The notes beneath the pieces were generated by a model. It was not told where the DNA came from, did not search any database, and saw only the letters and a list, made by a program, of their open reading frames with translations. From an uncultured Clostridia bacterium (lineage in GTDB: Bacteria; Bacillota; Clostridia; TANB77; CAG-508): DNA of 64,000 nt. The position numbers were made by a program, and so were the translations under genes. The stretch spans positions 57,166-121,165 of the forward strand of contig CARPYP010000001.1 in the NCBI GenBank assembly GCA_949045875.1. The letters are read 5' to 3'. Shown here piece after piece: positions 60,728-64,000 of the stretch. How positions within the stretch are numbered: the stretch's first letter is position 1; every line of letters starts with the position of its first letter.

Positions 60728-60837
60728 ACTTTTATTGTTCCTTTAAATATTATAGATGATAATATAGAAATTATTAAACCACATATTAGAAATGTCAATT
60801 CAAATTTCGTCCAGTCTTTAAAATAGTTCTTTATCAT
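60724..60837 (-). CDS. Small 37-aa single-TM protein translationally coupled to truA (ATGA overlap)
   Basis: AAGGAG RBS 6 nt upstream. [37 protein letters not shown]. Below the ORF-track size cutoff. Confidence 0.4.
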   Translation of the reverse strand: MIKNYFKDWTKFELTFLICGLIISILSSIIFKGTIKV

Positions 60838-60954
60838 TTTGTTCTCCTTCTATTTTATATTAAAAATTATATGTAATTTCCTTCATTCAGTTCCTTTATA
60901 TTATATACAATTTTTGTGTTTTTTCAATATATTTCTATACTCTTTTATAAAACG

Positions 60955-60992
60955 CGCTGTACTCTATGAAAGAGTACAGTGCGTTCAATGAT
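60955..60992 (-). terminator. Rho-independent terminator of gltX (cgcactgtactct-ttcat-agagtacagcgcg + TTTTAT)
   Basis: Hairpin immediately after the 60994 stop. T-rich on the minus strand. Confidence 0.65.
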
Positions 60993-60993
60993 T

Positions 60994-62646
60994 TTATTTT
61001 ATTGCTTTTTCTAGCCTTTTAATTACACTGTCTTTTCCTAGTACTTGCATTATTTCATACATGTCTGGTGTATTGGCTTTTCCTGTTAATGAAATTCTTA
61101 TGACAGTTGATATGTCTCCTACATGCCCTTTGAAGGCTTCTGGATTTGCCTTGAATTCTTTTACTTCTCTTGCATATCCAAATTCTTCTGCTAAGTCTTT
61201 CATTTTATTAAACCAGATTTCTTTATCATCTGATATATTAAAGTATTTTTCAAGATATTTGTTCACTATGTTTTTTATTTCTTCTTTGTCACTTATTTTC
61301 TGATACTCATATTCTATTTCTTTGTTTAAATATCTATCATCATACATATATTCTATGTTTTCTTTTATCGTAGACCATTTTGATATATCTTTTCTTGGCT
61401 TTTCATTTCCACGTTCTATTCCTAATACTTTTAATGTGTATTCTGTGTCTTTTTCTAATAATTCTTTTAAATCATTATCATATAGATTTGCCCATGCTAA
61501 TGCTTTTTCATATACTGTTTTTGCATCATATTTTGATATTACTGTTTTTGATATGTCTAACAATTTTACCATATCAAATAATGCTCCACTTACACTCATT
61601 TTGTTTAATAATAACTCAAATTCCTCTATTGAAGTATTTTTGTTTTGCTTTCTCCATAATTCAAAATTTGAATTTGCTATATTTAATAAATATTCTTTTA
61701 CTGCTTCTGATGGTATCCCCTCTTTTGCATAATATTCAACTGCCGCTTCTGGATCTTTTCTTTTACTTAATTTTCTTTTTGCTCCATTTTCCTCTTTTAA
61801 TATTGGTGCTATATGGCAGTATTTTGGTGCTTTAAAGCCTAAGACTTGAAATAATTGAACATGTACTGGTAATGATGGTAACCACTCATCTCCACGTATT
61901 ACATGTGTTGTTCCCATAAGATGATCATCAACTGCATGTGCGAAATGATATGTTGGTAGTCCATCTGATTTTATTATTACTATGTCTTGATTATTTTCTG
62001 GAAATGTTACATTTCCTTTTATAACATCTTTAAATTTTACCTTTCTTTCTACATCTCCTGGTGATTTCAGTCTTATTATATATTCTTCTCCATTTTTTAT
62101 TTTTTCTGCTGCTTCTGTAATTGGCAGATTTCTATATTTAGCCCAAACTCCATAGTATCCTGGTATTACTTTTGCTTCTTCTTGTTTTTTTCTCATTTCT
62201 TCAAGTTCCTCTGGTGTACAAAAACAAGGATATGCTAATCTATTTTCTATTAAATATTTTGCATAAGCTTGGTATATCTCTTTTCTTTGACTTTGTTTAT
62301 ATGGACCATAGTTTCCAAAGGATTCTTCTTCATTTTTCATTCCTTCGTCTGGTGTTATATCAAATTTTTTTAGTGCTTCTATTATTCCTGTTACACCATT
62401 TTCTACTTCTCTTTTTTGGTCTGTATCTTCAACTCTTAAAAAGAACACTCCATTTGTTTGTGCTGTAACTTTTCTCGCTATTAATGCTGAGTATAAACCA
62501 CCTATATGTACAAATCCTGTTGGACTAGGAGCAAATCTTGTTACTATCGCTCCTTCTGGTAATTCCCTTATAGGATATTTTTCTTCATAATATGATATAT
62601 CCTTTATTTCTGGAAATATTAAATTTGCTAAATCTTTGTAATCCAT
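60994..62646 (-). CDS. gltX: Glutamate--tRNA ligase
   Basis: 550 aa class I aaRS. RFAPSPTGFVHIGGLYSALIAR (HIGH-type) and KLSKRK (KMSKS). Confidence 0.75.
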   Translation of the reverse strand: MDYKDLANLIFPEIKDISYYEEKYPIRELPEGAIVTRFAPSPTGFVHIGGLYSALIARKVTAQTNGVFFLRVEDTDQKREVENGVTGIIEALKKFDITPDEGMKNEEESFGNYGPYKQSQRKEIYQAYAKYLIENRLAYPCFCTPEELEEMRKKQEEAKVIPGYYGVWAKYRNLPITEAAEKIKNGEEYIIRLKSPGDVERKVKFKDVIKGNVTFPENNQDIVIIKSDGLPTYHFAHAVDDHLMGTTHVIRGDEWLPSLPVHVQLFQVLGFKAPKYCHIAPILKEENGAKRKLSKRKDPEAAVEYYAKEGIPSEAVKEYLLNIANSNFELWRKQNKNTSIEEFELLLNKMSVSGALFDMVKLLDISKTVISKYDAKTVYEKALAWANLYDNDLKELLEKDTEYTLKVLGIERGNEKPRKDISKWSTIKENIEYMYDDRYLNKEIEYEYQKISDKEEIKNIVNKYLEKYFNISDDKEIWFNKMKDLAEEFGYAREVKEFKANPEAFKGHVGDISTVIRISLTGKANTPDMYEIMQVLGKDSVIKRLEKAIK

Positions 62647-62680
62647 ATTAAATCTCCCTTTAAAATTATTATCTATTAAT

Positions 62681-62766
62681 TATCTGGGCAGACATAGTAA
62701 AAGTATAAAAATAAAAAATTTATTTTTATGTTTTTTCTCACTTTACCAGAGCCTGCCCCCTCCACT
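62681..62766. repeat. GC-hairpin family arms (GGGCAGACA ... GCCTGCCCCCTCCAC) with a ~55-nt AT-rich loop insert
   Basis: Same arms as 39871-39900. The insert carries its own palindrome (aaaataaaaaatttatttttat). Confidence 0.5.
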
Positions 62767-64000
62767 CTATGCTTCTATTATTATAGGAAGCACCATCGGA
62801 TTTCTCTTATTTTTTTGATATAAGTAATCTCTTATTTTATCTTTCACTGTAGATTTTATTGTTATCCATTCTTTTACATTATTATCTTCAAGATTTGACA
62901 ATGTATTTCTAACAATTCTTTTTATTTCTTCCATTAAGTTTTCTGATTCTCTTACATATACAAATCCTCTTGATATGATGTCTGGTCCTGATACTACTTG
63001 CCCTTCACTATTTATAGATATTACTACTACTATTAATCCATCTTGAGATAAATGTTGTCTATCTTTTAAAACTATATTTCCGACATCCCCTATACCTAAA
63101 CCATCTATTAATACTTTTCCACTTTGAACACTTCCTGTTATTTTTCCTTCGTCTATAGTTAGTTCTAGCACTTTTCCATTGCTTAAAATAAATATATTCT
63201 CATTTGGAATTCCCATTAATTTGGCTGTATCGCTATGTGCTACTAATTGTCTATATTCACCATGTACTGGTATAAAGTATTTAGGTTTTGTAAGTGCTAG
63301 TATTAGTTTTTGTTCTTCTTGTGCAGCATGACCTGATACATGTATATTTTGTAATGAACTATATACTACTTCTGCTCCTATTTTCATTAAGTCATCTATT
63401 ACTTTTGATACGAATTTTTCATTTCCTGGTATTGGCGTTGCTGAAATAATAACTAAATCGTTTGGTGTAATTTGTACTTTCTTGTGTTCTCCTGATGCCA
63501 TTCTTGTTAATGCTGACATTGGCTCTCCTTGTGATCCTGTTGTTATTATTGTTAAAGCTTCTTCTGGATATTTATTTATTAAGTCTATATCTACTATTGT
63601 GTTTTCTGGTACATCCATATAACCTAATTTAGAAGCTGTTTCTATTACTTTTACCATGCTCCTACCACATATGGCAACTTTTCTTCCATATTTTACAGAT
63701 GAGTTTATTATTTGTTGAACTCTATGAACATTTGATGAGAATGTAGCTATTACTATTCTCTTTTTACAGTTTACAAATAAATTATCAAATACTTCTCCTA
63801 TTGTACTTTCTGAGTTTGTAAAGCCTTTTCTTTCTGCATTTGTGCTGTCTGACATTAGGGCTAATACTCCTTCATTTCCTAATTCAGCAAAACGTCCTAA
63901 GTCTACTTTTTGTCCATCTATTGGTGTATAGTCTATTTTAAAATCCCCTGTATGAACTATTACTCCTGCTGGTGTGTGTAGAGCAAGTCCTACTGCATCT
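62767..64000 (-). CDS. rnj: Ribonuclease J (beta-CASP/metallo-beta-lactamase), C-terminal ~410 aa; N-terminus beyond window end
   Basis: The listed ORF starts at M (63855), but the same frame stays open to position 64000 (..DAVGLALHTPAGVIVHTGDFKIDYTPIDGQKVDLGRFAELGNEGVLALMSDSTNAERKGF..). RNase J beta-CASP motifs are present. Confidence 0.8.
   Translation of the reverse strand, partial: DAVGLALHTPAGVIVHTGDFKIDYTPIDGQKVDLGRFAELGNEGVLALMSDSTNAERKGFTNSESTIGEVFDNLFVNCKKRIVIATFSSNVHRVQQIINSSVKYGRKVAICGRSMVKVIETASKLGYMDVPENTIVDIDLINKYPEEALTIITTGSQGEPMSALTRMASGEHKKVQITPNDLVIISATPIPGNEKFVSKVIDDLMKIGAEVVYSSLQNIHVSGHAAQEEQKLILALTKPKYFIPVHGEYRQLVAHSDTAKLMGIPNENIFILSNGKVLELTIDEGKITGSVQSGKVLIDGLGIGDVGNIVLKDRQHLSQDGLIVVVISINSEGQVVSGPDIISRGFVYVRESENLMEEIKRIVRNTLSNLEDNNVKEWITIKSTVKDKIRDYLYQKNKRNPMVLPIIIEA

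Overview
Low-GC (~25-28% GC) Firmicute sequence, most likely a spore-forming Clostridia-class organism. Supporting genes: ylbJ, YjcZ-like tiny Cys-rich peptides, and a class-B sortase with an xPKTG substrate. Nearly all genes lie on the minus strand.

Gene content, left to right:
- uvrA (3' part of window edge) and an ~8 kb Bce-type antimicrobial-peptide module: a heterodimeric ABC exporter pair, an OmpR-family response regulator, an intramembrane-sensing histidine kinase, and a BceA/BceB-like ATPase and permease.
- A type II fatty-acid synthesis cluster: BPL-fabD-fabG-fabF-accB-fabZ-accC-accD-accA-fabI-acpP, preceded by two FadD-like acyl-CoA ligases. No fabH, fabK, plsX or fapR is in the window.
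- Cell-wall genes: alr, a Van-like Ddl and a GH25 lysozyme. Then a ZnuA-like lipoprotein, two zinc-ribbon/bPH paralogs, rlmH and pgi.
- Housekeeping genes: truB, nrnA, the rbfA-infB-ylxQ-nusA-rimP operon, asd, obg, trpS, rpiB, a Fic protein, ylbJ.
- A sortase B with its beta-helix surface substrate, an uncharacterised two-gene operon behind a perfect consensus sigma-A promoter, a LysR regulator, truA, gltX and partial RNase J.

Unusual features:
1. Two paralogous ~100-aa proteins are encoded antisense inside the fab operon. Each has its own duplicated promoter/RBS block and its own terminator.
2. A ~176-bp MITE-like element with perfect 21-bp terminal inverted repeats sits between infB and rbfA, with a degenerate second copy between fabD and fabG. 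The two copies differ by compensatory changes in internal stems.
3. A dispersed family of GC-rich hairpins (GGGCAC...GTGCCC followed by CCCCTACA) occurs about 10 times in intergenic DNA. Several copies carry homologous palindrome-containing inserts in the loop.
4. Four housekeeping genes (rimP, obg, fic, truA) carry single-base frameshifts. The obg and truA frameshifts are the same inserted G after the identical 8-mer ACTTGTCC.
5. A MATE efflux pump is fused to a cytidylate-kinase-like domain.
6. A diverged ~80-nt duplicate of the infB 3' end lies just downstream of infB.

No rRNA, tRNA or CRISPR array was seen. Any of the frameshifts could be assembly errors.
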